Assembly (NCBI GenBank): GCA_038320275.1
Contig: JBBQEB010000057.1
Span: 1 to 20,851 of the forward strand
Source: Myxococcales bacterium
GTDB taxonomy: Bacteria > Myxococcota > Myxococcia > Myxococcales > Anaeromyxobacteraceae
Length of the DNA stretch: 20,851 bases
Direction: 5' to 3'
Part shown: positions 7,321 through 16,170 of the stretch, piece after piece
How positions within the stretch are numbered: position 1 is the first letter of the stretch
How the letters are laid out: each line of letters opens with the position of its first letter
The notes under the pieces: model-generated
The model's database searches: none
Seen by the model: only the letters and a program-made list of their open reading frames with translations
What the model was told of the DNA's origin: nothing
Position numbers and translations under genes: made by a program

Positions 7321-7745
7321 CGCGATCCTCCTTCTCCGGCGAGCTCCGTCGGGATCTGCCGGAGCGCCGCGTCCAGGATGTGCCTGTGATGCGCCCGCCG
7401 CACCAGCGCCTGCAGATCCCCTTGCACGCGCACGCGCCCGGAGAGGGCCGCCTTCACCGGGTCTTCGCCCTGGAGGAGCGCCGTCCAGACGGGATAGGGC
7501 GCGCGCAGCACGAAGTCGGGCTCGAGCTCGAGGAGGTCGTCGGCGTCGGCGAGGACGCGGAAGGAGACGATGCGGCCACCGCGGTGCTCGCCGTAGACCG
7601 CGAAGTGGGACGGCAGCTCCGGCGGGTGGGCCTCGATGACGGCGCCCACGGTGGGCGCGAGCCCCTCCAGCGCGCGCGGCGTGTCGGGATTGGCGTTCAC
7701 CTCGGCGACGAGCCGGGCGAGCCACGCGTGGGAAGGAAAGATCAC
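7317..7745 (-). CDS. stkB: SCP2 sterol/lipid-binding domain protein (142 aa), StkB-like
   Basis: GTG at 7745 overlaps the Hsp70 stop (GTGA). FPS.AW N-terminus and PDFVLRAPY.VW..LL.GEDPVKAALSGRVRVQGDL are typical of SCP2. It is the C-terminal part of ORF 7317..9815. The symbol rests on recalled M. xanthus stkAB gene order. Confidence 0.8.
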   Translation of the reverse strand: MIFPSHAWLARLVAEVNANPDTPRALEGLAPTVGAVIEAHPPELPSHFAVYGEHRGGRIVSFRVLADADDLLELEPDFVLRAPYPVWTALLQGEDPVKAALSGRVRVQGDLQALVRRAHHRHILDAALRQIPTELAGEGGSR

Positions 7746-9358
7746 GTGTTCCCCTTGAGCCAGCCGAAGAGCCCGTTCCCGTGCCGCCCGGTCCGCCCCT
7801 CGCCGCCCGGTCCGGCTCCCGCGGCGCGCTCGGCGAGCGCCCGCCGCAGCGGCTCGGGCGTGCCGTGCGTGGCGAGCTCCACCGCGCGAGGACCCAGCAC
7901 CGGGTCGTCGAACTTCACCTCGAGAAGGCACTCCTCGTCGAGCTTGAAGTCGATGCGCCGCCCGGTGGCGGCCGCGGGCAGCCGCAGCGAGCCGAGGAAC
8001 TCGTCGTCGAGGACGTCGTCCGAGTCGCCCTGGTAGATGTCGAGCTCGATGGGCTGGCCGGGCTCGCGGGGAGGCGGGAGGCGGAAGCTGTGCGAGCACG
8101 GGATGGTGCGGTTCTTCTCGAGGACCCTGCGCAGGCGGTGCGTGGAGGTGGCGACGCCGATGGACATCGAGAGAACGTCCACCAGGGTCACCGAGTCCAT
8201 CGCGCCCAGGGAATCGCCGAGCAGCGCCGCGCCCAGGGCCACGCACTCGTCGGGATGAACGCCCTTCCGCGCGGGCTTTCCGAAGTGCTCCCGGATGCGG
8301 TCTCCCACGAGCGGCATGCGAGACTGTCCGCCCACCAGGATGACCTCGTCGATGTCCTCGGGCCGCAGGTTCTTCTCCCCCAGCACCCTGTCGCACAGCT
8401 CGAAGGTGCGGGCGACGAGATCGCCGGTGAGCTCCTGCAGCATGGCCCGCGAGAGCGGCAGGTGGAGATCGAGGGGCTTGCCCTTGCGCTCGGCCAGGAA
8501 GGGAAGCTCCAGGGCGACGTTGGGGAGGAGGGTGAGGTCGATCTTCGCCCGCTCGGCGGCGCCTTTCAGCCGCTGCATGGCGATGGGTGAGCCGGCGAGG
8601 TCCACCTTGTGCTCGCGCCAGAAGGCGTCGAGCGCGAAGTCGATCACGCGGTTGTCGAAGTCGCTCCCGCCGAGGAAAGTGTCGCCGCCGGTGGCGAGCA
8701 CCTCGAAGACGTTGCCCGCGATCTGCAGCACCGAGACGTCGAAGGTGCCGCCCCCCAGGTCGTAGACGAGGATGCGCTGGTCGAGCCCGCGGTTGAAGCC
8801 GTACGCCAGCGCCGCCGCGGTGGGCTCGTTCACGATGCGCTTCACCTCGAAGCCTGCCAGCCGCCCGGCCTCCTTCACCGCCTGCCGCTGGTTGTCGTCG
8901 TAGTGGGCCGGCACCGAGATGACCGCCTCGGCCATGGGGCTCCCCAGGAACGCCTCGGCGACGGACTTCACGTGCGCGAGGACGAGCGCGCTCACCTCGG
9001 GGAGCGTCCTCACCTCGCCACCCAGCATCACCGCCGCCTCGCCGCGGGGCCCCTCCACGATCTCGTAGGCGTAGTCCCGGCGCAGGTCCTGGACGATCTT
9101 GGACGCGAACGTGCGGCCGATGAGCCGCTTCGCGCCGTAGATGGTGTTCTTCGGGTTCGTGACCAGCTGATCCTTGGCCACGCCGCCGACCAGGACTTCG
9201 CCGCGCGCGGAGAGCGCCACCACGCTCGGGAGGGTGAGGTTGCCCTTGTCGGTGGGGACCACCCGCGGCACCCGGTTCCGGACGTGCGCGACGCAGGTGT
9301 TGGTGGTGCCGAGGTCGATGCCCAGGATGGGCTTCTCTCGAAGATTCGGCCCGGCCAT
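7742..9358 (-). CDS. stkA: Atypical Hsp70/DnaK-family protein, StkA-like (intact ATPase domain, shortened substrate-binding domain, no canonical lid)
   Basis: GIDLGTTN, VNEPTAAALAYG, VYDLGGGTFDVS, LVGGQSRMP and linker TLVDVLSMSIG. Only 538 aa. Followed by SCP2 and a small protein, as in the M. xanthus stk locus (recalled). Confidence 0.88.
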   Translation of the reverse strand: MAGPNLREKPILGIDLGTTNTCVAHVRNRVPRVVPTDKGNLTLPSVVALSARGEVLVGGVAKDQLVTNPKNTIYGAKRLIGRTFASKIVQDLRRDYAYEIVEGPRGEAAVMLGGEVRTLPEVSALVLAHVKSVAEAFLGSPMAEAVISVPAHYDDNQRQAVKEAGRLAGFEVKRIVNEPTAAALAYGFNRGLDQRILVYDLGGGTFDVSVLQIAGNVFEVLATGGDTFLGGSDFDNRVIDFALDAFWREHKVDLAGSPIAMQRLKGAAERAKIDLTLLPNVALELPFLAERKGKPLDLHLPLSRAMLQELTGDLVARTFELCDRVLGEKNLRPEDIDEVILVGGQSRMPLVGDRIREHFGKPARKGVHPDECVALGAALLGDSLGAMDSVTLVDVLSMSIGVATSTHRLRRVLEKNRTIPCSHSFRLPPPREPGQPIELDIYQGDSDDVLDDEFLGSLRLPAAATGRRIDFKLDEECLLEVKFDDPVLGPRAVELATHGTPEPLRRALAERAAGAGPGGEGRTGRHGNGLFGWLKGNT

Positions 9359-9370
9359 CTGGGATGTCTA

Positions 9371-11557
9371 TCAGAACGGGACGTCGTCGTCCGCGCCCTC
9401 GGGCCCGTCCGTCCCGGGCGCGGAGTGCGGCTGCCCCGCCTGTGGTGGCTGCGGTGGCCGTCCGAAGAGGGCGGGGATGGCGAGCGCGCGCGTCACCGCC
9501 TCGGCCGCCGCGAGGCGGGCCGCATCTGGAGGCGCCGGGAGCGGCGGACCCGCGGACGGCTCGTCGAGCTGCCAGCGCTCCATGAGGGCAGGATCGCCGG
9601 GCAGCTCCTCGATGAAGCGCGACGCCTTCAGCACCACCCGCTCCCGGTCGTGGGGGGCGGCGACGAGCGGGAAGCAGAGGTAGAGCTCGTCGCGCGCGCG
9701 GGTGCAGGCGACGTAGAACAGGCGCCGCTCCTCCTCCTCGCCGTCGCGATCGCGCAGCGCCTGCGCGCTCGGGAAGCGGCCGTCGGCGAGCCAGACGGCG
9801 AACACCACCCGCCACTCCAGCCCCTTGGCCTGATGCACCGACGAGAGGACCATTTTCTCGTCCGGCTCACCGCCCTCGGACACCGTCTCGGCCGACAGCT
9901 CCGAGAGGAGGCTCACCTCGGCCAGGAAGACCTCCGTGTCCTCGTAGCTCCGGGCGTACTCGGCGAGCTGCCGGATGTCCTCCACCCTCGAGTCGGCGTT
10001 CACGAACTCCGAGCGGAGGTGCTCCTCGTAGCCGCCCGCCAGCACGAGCTCGATGGATTCGCCGGGGAGGTCGCGGGTGGGCGGGTGGGCCAGGCGCCGC
10101 AAGAGCTCGGTCAGCGCCCGGTAGCCGGCCCTTCCCTTGGGCGGGACCTGACATGCGACGTCCGGCGAGAGGAGCTCATCGACGCTCCCCGCGCCGCCCC
10201 TGCGCCGGGCGCCGAGCGCGTTCCAGACCGCGTCGGCGGTGGCGCTGCCCACGCCCGGCGCCAGCCGCAGGGCGCGCTTGAGCGCGAGCTCGTCGCCGGG
10301 ATTCGCGGCGAAGCGCAGGTGGGCGAGCACGTCCTTGATGTGGGCCGCCTCGAAGAACCGGACCCCCGAGCGCACCACGAAGGGAATGCCCCTGCGCGCC
10401 AGCTCGAACTGGATCTCCATGGCGTGGTGGTGCGCGCGGTAGAGGACGGCGATCTCCGGGAGGGGGATGCCCTCGTCGCGGAGCTCGAGCACCCGCTGGG
10501 CCACGAACTGCGCCTGCTGGTTCACGTCGCGACAGGGCACGAGCCCGGGGAGCGGCCCGTCGGCCCTCACGCTCTCGAGCTCCTTCTCGTAGGCCTTGAC
10601 GTTGTACGCGATGGAGGCATTCGCGAGCGCCAGGATCTGCGGCGTCGAGCGGTAGTTGACGACGAGGTCGAAGCGCCGCGCGTCGGGGTAGCGCGTCCCG
10701 AACTCGAGAATGTTCGCGAAGTGCGCACCGCGGAAGCCGTAGATGCACTGCGCGTCGTCGCCCACCACGCACAGGTTGCGGTGGGCGCTCGCGAGGAGGT
10801 CCACCACGTCCCCCTGCAGCTTGTTCGTGTCCTGGTACTCGTCGACGAGGACGTGGCGGAAGCGTTCCGCGAGGAGGCGGCGCACCGGCTCGTGCTCGGC
10901 GAGGAGAACCTTCAGATGCAGGAGGAGGTCGTCGAAGTCCATCGCGTTCATCGCCTGCTTGCGCTCGGCGAAGCGGCGCGCGACGCGCAGCACGTCGTCG
11001 GTGAGTGGCAGGAATTGCGGCCGCCGGTCGGCGAGCACGTCCGCGAGGGGGACCTGCGTGTTCACTGCCATCGAGACGAGATCGACGAGCACGTCCGCCT
11101 TGGGAAAGCGTCGCGCGCCCACCGCCATCCCGCAGTCGGCGATGGAAGCGGCCATGACGTCGCGGCCGTCCTCGCGGTCGAGGATGGAGAAGCCCTTCTC
11201 GAACCCGAGCGCGGGCGCGTGCTCGCGCAGGACGCGGAAGGCGACGTGGTGGAAGGTCCCCCCCCAGATCCGGCGCGTGTCGACGCGCGCCGCCTCCTCG
11301 ACCCGCCGCAGCATCTCGCGGGCCGCCCTGTTGGTGAAGGTGAGCAGGAGGAGCGCGTCGGGCGAGAGGCCGTCGTGAAGGAGCCGCGCCACGCGCCAGG
11401 TGAGCGTGCGCGTCTTTCCCGAGCCCGCGCCAGCCACCACCAGGAGCGGCCCGTCGCCAGCCTCGACCACCGCCTGCTGCTCGTCGTTGAGGAGCCCCGC
11501 GTAGGCGAGCGCGCCGCGGTCTCTGGCAAAAGTCTCGAGCTGGTAACGGCGGGCCAT
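9371..11557 (-). CDS. uvrD: ATP-dependent SF1 DNA helicase, UvrD/Rep/PcrA family (728 aa)
   Basis: LNDEQ, AGAGSGKT, TFTNRAA, VDEYQDTN, VGDDAQCIYGFRGA, NYRSTPQI, SSVHQAKGLEW and EEERRLFYVACTRA. ATG at 11557; tandem stops TGATAG. The symbol denotes family only. Confidence 0.93.
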   Translation of the reverse strand: MARRYQLETFARDRGALAYAGLLNDEQQAVVEAGDGPLLVVAGAGSGKTRTLTWRVARLLHDGLSPDALLLLTFTNRAAREMLRRVEEAARVDTRRIWGGTFHHVAFRVLREHAPALGFEKGFSILDREDGRDVMAASIADCGMAVGARRFPKADVLVDLVSMAVNTQVPLADVLADRRPQFLPLTDDVLRVARRFAERKQAMNAMDFDDLLLHLKVLLAEHEPVRRLLAERFRHVLVDEYQDTNKLQGDVVDLLASAHRNLCVVGDDAQCIYGFRGAHFANILEFGTRYPDARRFDLVVNYRSTPQILALANASIAYNVKAYEKELESVRADGPLPGLVPCRDVNQQAQFVAQRVLELRDEGIPLPEIAVLYRAHHHAMEIQFELARRGIPFVVRSGVRFFEAAHIKDVLAHLRFAANPGDELALKRALRLAPGVGSATADAVWNALGARRRGGAGSVDELLSPDVACQVPPKGRAGYRALTELLRRLAHPPTRDLPGESIELVLAGGYEEHLRSEFVNADSRVEDIRQLAEYARSYEDTEVFLAEVSLLSELSAETVSEGGEPDEKMVLSSVHQAKGLEWRVVFAVWLADGRFPSAQALRDRDGEEEERRLFYVACTRARDELYLCFPLVAAPHDRERVVLKASRFIEELPGDPALMERWQLDEPSAGPPLPAPPDAARLAAAEAVTRALAIPALFGRPPQPPQAGQPHSAPGTDGPEGADDDVPF

Positions 11558-11654
11558 GGCGCGCCGCGAGGCTACCGCGAGGGTCCGACAGGCGGCGCGC
11601 GATGTCACGTAGAGTGAACCATGGGTGTAGCGGCGCCCCGCCTTCGCCGGAAAG

Positions 11655-11682
11655 TGGACGCCCGGGCGCTGCCGGGTAGCAT
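11655..11682 (+). promoter_or_regulatory. Putative sigma70-type promoter giving a leaderless NlpC/P60 mRNA
   Basis: TGGACG, 16-nt spacer, TAGCAT, ending 7 nt before ATG 11690. No SD. Confidence 0.5.
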
Positions 11683-11689
11683 GCCTGGC

Positions 11690-12340
11690 ATGTCGGCCCG
11701 ATGGCTCTGCCTCGCCGCCGCGCTCGCCCTGCTCGCGCAAGGCTGCGCGTCGCACAAGGTGGCCGCGCGCCGCGACCCCCTGCACCCGCCCGCCCGCGAA
11801 AGCCGGGCCGGCGCCTCCGCGAGGAGCGCCGGCCCGGTGCCCGGTTCGCCGTCGCCATCCGTGATCCGCGCCGTCGCCGATGCCTCGTCGCTCGCGGGCC
11901 GGCGGACGATCGTCCTGCGCGGCGTCGATTATGGATACGGCTGCGTGGCGCTCGTCCGCGCCGCCTTCGACAGCGCCGGCTTTCGGTTGCCCGAGGAGGT
12001 CCGCGACGCCGCCGGGCTGTACGCCTTCGCGCGCCGCCAGGGCGCCCTCTCCGCCACCCAGCGCCCGTCCGTGGGCGACCTCGTCTTCCTCGCCGATCGG
12101 CCGGGCGGCTCGCCGCAGCACGTGGGGCTCGTCACCGCCACCGAGCCGGACGGCACCGCCATCGTGCTCCACCGCGTCGCCCGCGGCGTCCTGCGCCTGC
12201 GGGTGAACCTCGCATCCCCGGGGCGCGCGGTCGATCCGGCGACCGGCCGGCACGTGAACGACACGCTGCTCGTGAACGCCCGCCCCTCCTCCGCGGGCGC
12301 GCTGGTGGTGGGGGTCTCGGACCTGCTGCGGCGAGAGTAG
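11690..12340 (+). CDS. NlpC/P60-CHAP-like cysteine peptidase/amidase lipoprotein
   Basis: Signal MSARWLCLAAALALLAQGC (lipobox AQGC), putative catalytic Cys in YGCVALV, P.VGDLVF and catalytic His in QHVGLV. Confidence 0.78.
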   Translation: MSARWLCLAAALALLAQGCASHKVAARRDPLHPPARESRAGASARSAGPVPGSPSPSVIRAVADASSLAGRRTIVLRGVDYGYGCVALVRAAFDSAGFRLPEEVRDAAGLYAFARRQGALSATQRPSVGDLVFLADRPGGSPQHVGLVTATEPDGTAIVLHRVARGVLRLRVNLASPGRAVDPATGRHVNDTLLVNARPSSAGALVVGVSDLLRRE

Positions 12341-12347
12341 TGTCCGC

Positions 12348-13952
12348 CTACCCTGCCGCGTACTCGACCCGGCCGCCCACCACGGTCGCCAGCACCTGCA
12401 CCTCGGGCATGCGCTCGGCCTCCACCGCGAGGAGGTCCTCGCGGAAGAGCGTCAGGTCGGCGTCGGCGCCCACCCACAGCGCGCCGCGGCTCTGCTCGGC
12501 GAACGCCGCGTAGGCAGCGCCGCGCGTGAAGGCCGCGAGCGCCTCGCGGAGGGTGAGCCGCTCGCCAGGTGCCCACGCCTCCTTGGAGCCGGCTGGGACG
12601 CGCCGTTCCGCAGCGAGGAGCCCCAGCCGCGGGTCGGCACTCTCCACCGGAAAGTCCGACCCGAAGGCGAGCGGAATGCCTGCCTCGAGCACCTGTCTCC
12701 AGGCGTAGGCGCCCCGCAGCGCAGGGTTCCCCTCCCCGAGCACCCCGCCGATCCAAGGAGCGTCGCTCGTGGCGTGAGCTGGCTGCATGGACGCGATGCC
12801 TCCAACCTCCGCCAGCATGGGAAGGTGCTCAGCCCGGACGAGTTGCAGGTGCTCCACCCGGGGCCGCAGCGCAGCCAGGGGAAGCTCCGAGGCCACCGCC
12901 CGGAAGGCTTCCAGCACGTCCCGGCAGGCGCGATCGCCGATGGCGTGCACGGCAGGCTGGAACCCGGCGGCCGCCACCCGGCGCACCCGCGCACGCAGCG
13001 CGGCGGGGTCGAGGAGCGCGAGGCCGCGATGGCCCGGCTGGCCCCGGTAAGGATCGATGAGGGCCGCGCCCTCGCTGCCCAGCGCGCCGTCGGCGAAGAT
13101 CTTCGCCGCCCGGACCGTCAGCCTGCCCACCTCGGGAGTCGCCCGCCAGCGCGCCAGCTCGGCAGCGAGCGGCCCCTCGGGCTGTCCGCAATCGATCATG
13201 GCGTACACGCGCAGGGGGAGCCGATCTTCGGCCGCGAGCCGCGCGTAGGCCCGGAGCACCGAGGAGGTGCAGCCCGCATCGTGCACGGAGGTGAGCCCGA
13301 GCCGGGCCAGGTGGTCGAGGCCGGCGAGGATGAGGCGCTCCAGCTCGGCGCTCCCGGGATGCGGGATGCGCGAGAGCACCAAACTCTGGGCCGCGTCGAC
13401 GAGGACGCCCGAAGGCTCCCCGCGCGCGCCCCGGAGGATGCGCCCGCCGGGCGGGTCGGGCGTGTCCCGCCCGATGCCGGCCGCCGCGAGCGCACGGGCG
13501 TTCACCCAGGCGGCGTGGCCGTCCACGCGCTCGAGGACGGCCGGGTGATCGGGGACCGCCGCGGTGAGGAGCGCGGCTTCGGGCAGCCCGCCGCCCGGCC
13601 AGCGGTGCTGGTCCCAGCCGCGCCCCCGCACCCAGGCGCCGACTGGCAGTTCCCGCGCGCGAAGGCTCGCCAGGGCGGCGCAGGCCGCCGCGTCGGGCGC
13701 GGCGCCGCAGCGCACCTCCTCGAGGGCCCTCGCCTGGAGGACGACGTGACCGTGCGCGTCGGAGAGCCCGGGGACGGCGCAGCCGCGCCCGAGTGCCAGC
13801 ACCTTCGTCCCGGGCCGGGCCTCGCGCCGGCAGTCGAGCTCCGTGCCCAGCCGCAGCACCTTGCCGTCGCGCGCGAGCAGCGCCTCGGCGAGCGGCAGCT
13901 CAGGCTGGAGGGTGTGGATTCGTCCGGTGACGAGGAGGTCGGGGCTGTCCAT
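12348..13952 (-). CDS. Metal-dependent amidohydrolase, YtcJ-like (Amidohydro_3)
   Basis: PGLSDAHGH, RVDGHAAWVN, KIFADGALGS, VHAIGD, RVEHLQ and FGSDFPVE. Confidence 0.92.
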   Translation of the reverse strand: MDSPDLLVTGRIHTLQPELPLAEALLARDGKVLRLGTELDCRREARPGTKVLALGRGCAVPGLSDAHGHVVLQARALEEVRCGAAPDAAACAALASLRARELPVGAWVRGRGWDQHRWPGGGLPEAALLTAAVPDHPAVLERVDGHAAWVNARALAAAGIGRDTPDPPGGRILRGARGEPSGVLVDAAQSLVLSRIPHPGSAELERLILAGLDHLARLGLTSVHDAGCTSSVLRAYARLAAEDRLPLRVYAMIDCGQPEGPLAAELARWRATPEVGRLTVRAAKIFADGALGSEGAALIDPYRGQPGHRGLALLDPAALRARVRRVAAAGFQPAVHAIGDRACRDVLEAFRAVASELPLAALRPRVEHLQLVRAEHLPMLAEVGGIASMQPAHATSDAPWIGGVLGEGNPALRGAYAWRQVLEAGIPLAFGSDFPVESADPRLGLLAAERRVPAGSKEAWAPGERLTLREALAAFTRGAAYAAFAEQSRGALWVGADADLTLFREDLLAVEAERMPEVQVLATVVGGRVEYAAG

Positions 13953-13985
13953 GCCCGGAGCATGGTAGCCCGGCGGCGCGGTTCA

Positions 13986-15200
13986 TCACACTTCGCCCAT
14001 GGACGGCGGCGCAGCGGGGGGCGGAGCGGCGCGCTCGGTCCGATTCCAGGCGGCGCGCTGGCTGCCGCGCAGGAACCGCCAGAAGCCCACCGCCAGGGCG
14101 GCGTTCATGGAGGTGAAGTAGTGCGCCAGCGAGGCGATGCGGCGGAGCTTGCCTCCCTTGCCCATGGCCCCCGCGAGGGCCAGGCCGTACAGCCCGAGCT
14201 GCCCGGCGAGGAGCGCCCGCGCGAAGAGCCCGCCGCGCACCGCGAGCGGCAGGGAGAGCAGGAGCGCCACCGCCAGGAAGGCCGGGGCGAGCCATCGCAG
14301 GAGCTTGTGGGACACGAAGGCGAAGTGAAGGAAGCCGATTCGCGGATCGAGCAGCTCCGGCAGGAGCGACACCGACTGCCAGTTTCCGGCGCCGATGCGC
14401 GCGCGGCGGCCGAACTCGTGGTCGACGCTCTCGGTGGTCTCCTCGTAGGCGACGGCTTCGGGCTCGAAGGGGATGCGCCACCCGCGCAGCGCGATCCGGA
14501 GCGGGACCACGAAATCGTCGATGATGGTGGTCGCCGGCAGCGGCTGGAAGAGTGGCCGGCGCAGGGCATAGATGCCACCGTTCGCGCCCAGCACGCAGCC
14601 CAGCTTGCCCTCGAAGTACTTGAGCACCGTCTCGTACTTCCAGTACAGGCTCTCCTCGAAGTCGCGCTTGGCCGGGTTGTAGAGGCGCAGCCGGCCCACC
14701 ACCGCGCCCACTGCCGGGTCGTGGAAGTGCCTCACCAGCGCCTTCACGGCCCCGGGCTCGAGCTCGACGTTGGCGTCGGTGAGCACGACCACGTCTCCGC
14801 GCGCGCGGGGCACGAGCCGCGACAGCACCGAGGCCTTCCCCGAGCGCGGGCTCTCCACGACGCGGACCCGGTCGCCGCCGGCCGCCCGGGCGAGCTCCGC
14901 CGTGCGGTCGGTGCAGCCGTCGCAGCCCACCACCACCTCCAGGAGCTCCGGCGGGTAGTCGACCGCCAGGCAATTCGCGACCTTCTGCTGGATGCAGCTC
15001 TCCTCGTCGTGGGCTGCGACGAGGACCGTCACCGTGGGCCAGCGGGCGTCGCGCCGCTGGGCGCGCCGGTCGGGCCCCCCGCTGATGAAGCGGGCGCCGT
15101 CCATCGCCTCCTTGACCCCTGTCCAGGCTGCGAGCACGAGCGGGTAGCCGAGATACGAGTAGCCGACGAGTGCCAGGCAGGCGAGCACGACGAATTCCAT
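13986..15200 (-). CDS. Membrane glycosyltransferase family 2 (CESA-like)
   Basis: N-terminal TM helix, VAAHDEE, DGCTD, GKA, TDAN (DxD region), GANGGIYALR, IDDF, RRARIG (QxxRW-like) and C-terminal TM helices. Confidence 0.92.
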   Translation of the reverse strand: MEFVVLACLALVGYSYLGYPLVLAAWTGVKEAMDGARFISGGPDRRAQRRDARWPTVTVLVAAHDEESCIQQKVANCLAVDYPPELLEVVVGCDGCTDRTAELARAAGGDRVRVVESPRSGKASVLSRLVPRARGDVVVLTDANVELEPGAVKALVRHFHDPAVGAVVGRLRLYNPAKRDFEESLYWKYETVLKYFEGKLGCVLGANGGIYALRRPLFQPLPATTIIDDFVVPLRIALRGWRIPFEPEAVAYEETTESVDHEFGRRARIGAGNWQSVSLLPELLDPRIGFLHFAFVSHKLLRWLAPAFLAVALLLSLPLAVRGGLFARALLAGQLGLYGLALAGAMGKGGKLRRIASLAHYFTSMNAALAVGFWRFLRGSQRAAWNRTERAAPPPAAPPSMGEV

Positions 15201-15212
15201 GCGCTCGTGAGA

Positions 15213-15228
15213 AGCAAGTGTCGCGCCA
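15213..15228 (-). promoter_or_regulatory. Sigma54 (-24/-12) promoter upstream of the GT2 gene
   Basis: Minus strand TGGCGCGACACTTGCT = GG-N10-GC, with one mismatch to TGGCAC-N5-TTGCW. Confidence 0.72.
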
Positions 15229-15368
15229 GCGCACCGGAGCGGCCTGGCAAGCGATCCCAGCCTGGCGCGCGCCTGGAACCCAGGAGATGGGCACTTTCGT
15301 TCCTCTCAGGGGAGGAGCCTTTCTTCCCACGTGGCAGCGGTGAGGCGGCTCGGTTCGCGAGAAGCCCG

Positions 15369-16148
15369 TCAGCTCAGCGCGGCGGGAGGGAGCTTCCGCT
15401 CAGGCTCGCCCGCACTGCGGTCCACGGGGACCTTCCTCAGCATTCCATGGCGATCGGGCCGCCGGTTGGTGTTGGGCTCGCCCGTCCCCTTGAGGAGCCT
15501 CCACCCGATGGCGGCGAGGGCCAGCGCGACGATGACTGCGACGAGCACGGCCCATCGCATCAGCGGAGCGAGCTGCCGGGGCGGAGTACTCCCCGGCGAA
15601 GGAACGCGCGGTGCGGTGGGCCGACTTGCGACGCGGAGCTCCCCCTCGGGGAACGACACCTTGCGGATGGGCCGCCCGTCGGAGGTGAAGAGCTGACCCG
15701 GCTGGACCGCGCCCTCGCCCCCGCCCCCCCCCGCCGGCTGCGGCTTCGGGCCGGGCACGCTCCCCGAGGCCGCGATTCCGGGTCCCCTGGAAGCCCCCTC
15801 GGCACGCGATCCGGCCGGGGGAATGATGGGCGGCAGGGCCTCGGCGGGCCGCCGACTCCCCGAAACAGGTCCCTGCGCCCCAGCGTCTTCGGACGTTGCA
15901 CGCCCGTCGCCCTCCGGAGGTGCTCCGCTCGCGCCCGCAGCGGTTGCAGCGCCCGCAGCGTGGGCGCCCGCCTCGTCACCGGAGGCGCCTGACACGAGCC
16001 CATGGGCGCTCGCGACAGGGCGCTCGGATGGAGGATAAACCCTGAAGACGGTCTGGCACTTGCTGCACTGGACGGGAGCTCCGCCGGGCGGCACCAGCTT
16101 CTCGTCCAGTTCGTAGACCTCAGGGCACTTCTCACAGCGGATCTGCAC
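15369..16148 (-). CDS. Zinc-ribbon (MJ0042-type finger) single-pass membrane protein
   Basis: SD GAGGAG before the GTG. IRCEKC-x-YEL...VQCSKCQTVF, a long Pro/Ala/Gly linker, and TM helix WAVLVAVIVALALAAIGW. Confidence 0.82.
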   Translation of the reverse strand: MQIRCEKCPEVYELDEKLVPPGGAPVQCSKCQTVFRVYPPSERPVASAHGLVSGASGDEAGAHAAGAATAAGASGAPPEGDGRATSEDAGAQGPVSGSRRPAEALPPIIPPAGSRAEGASRGPGIAASGSVPGPKPQPAGGGGGEGAVQPGQLFTSDGRPIRKVSFPEGELRVASRPTAPRVPSPGSTPPRQLAPLMRWAVLVAVIVALALAAIGWRLLKGTGEPNTNRRPDRHGMLRKVPVDRSAGEPERKLPPAALS

Positions 16149-16170
16149 GCGAGCTCCTCGAGGCGGACTG

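Noticed and set aside
7742..9358. Calling the Hsp70 the housekeeping dnaK or a pseudogene
   Set aside because: It is too short, lacks the lid and has no grpE/dnaJ context, yet the frame is intact, codon bias is strong and it is coupled to the next gene, which fits a specialised paralogue.
8609..11617. 1002-aa + strand ORF, and similar long ORFs 12774..15992, 3265..5328, 19294..20847, 18014..19390 and 1650..2915
   Set aside because: These are antisense shadows of well-supported minus-strand genes. High GC3 suppresses stop codons, and the translations show no recognisable motifs.
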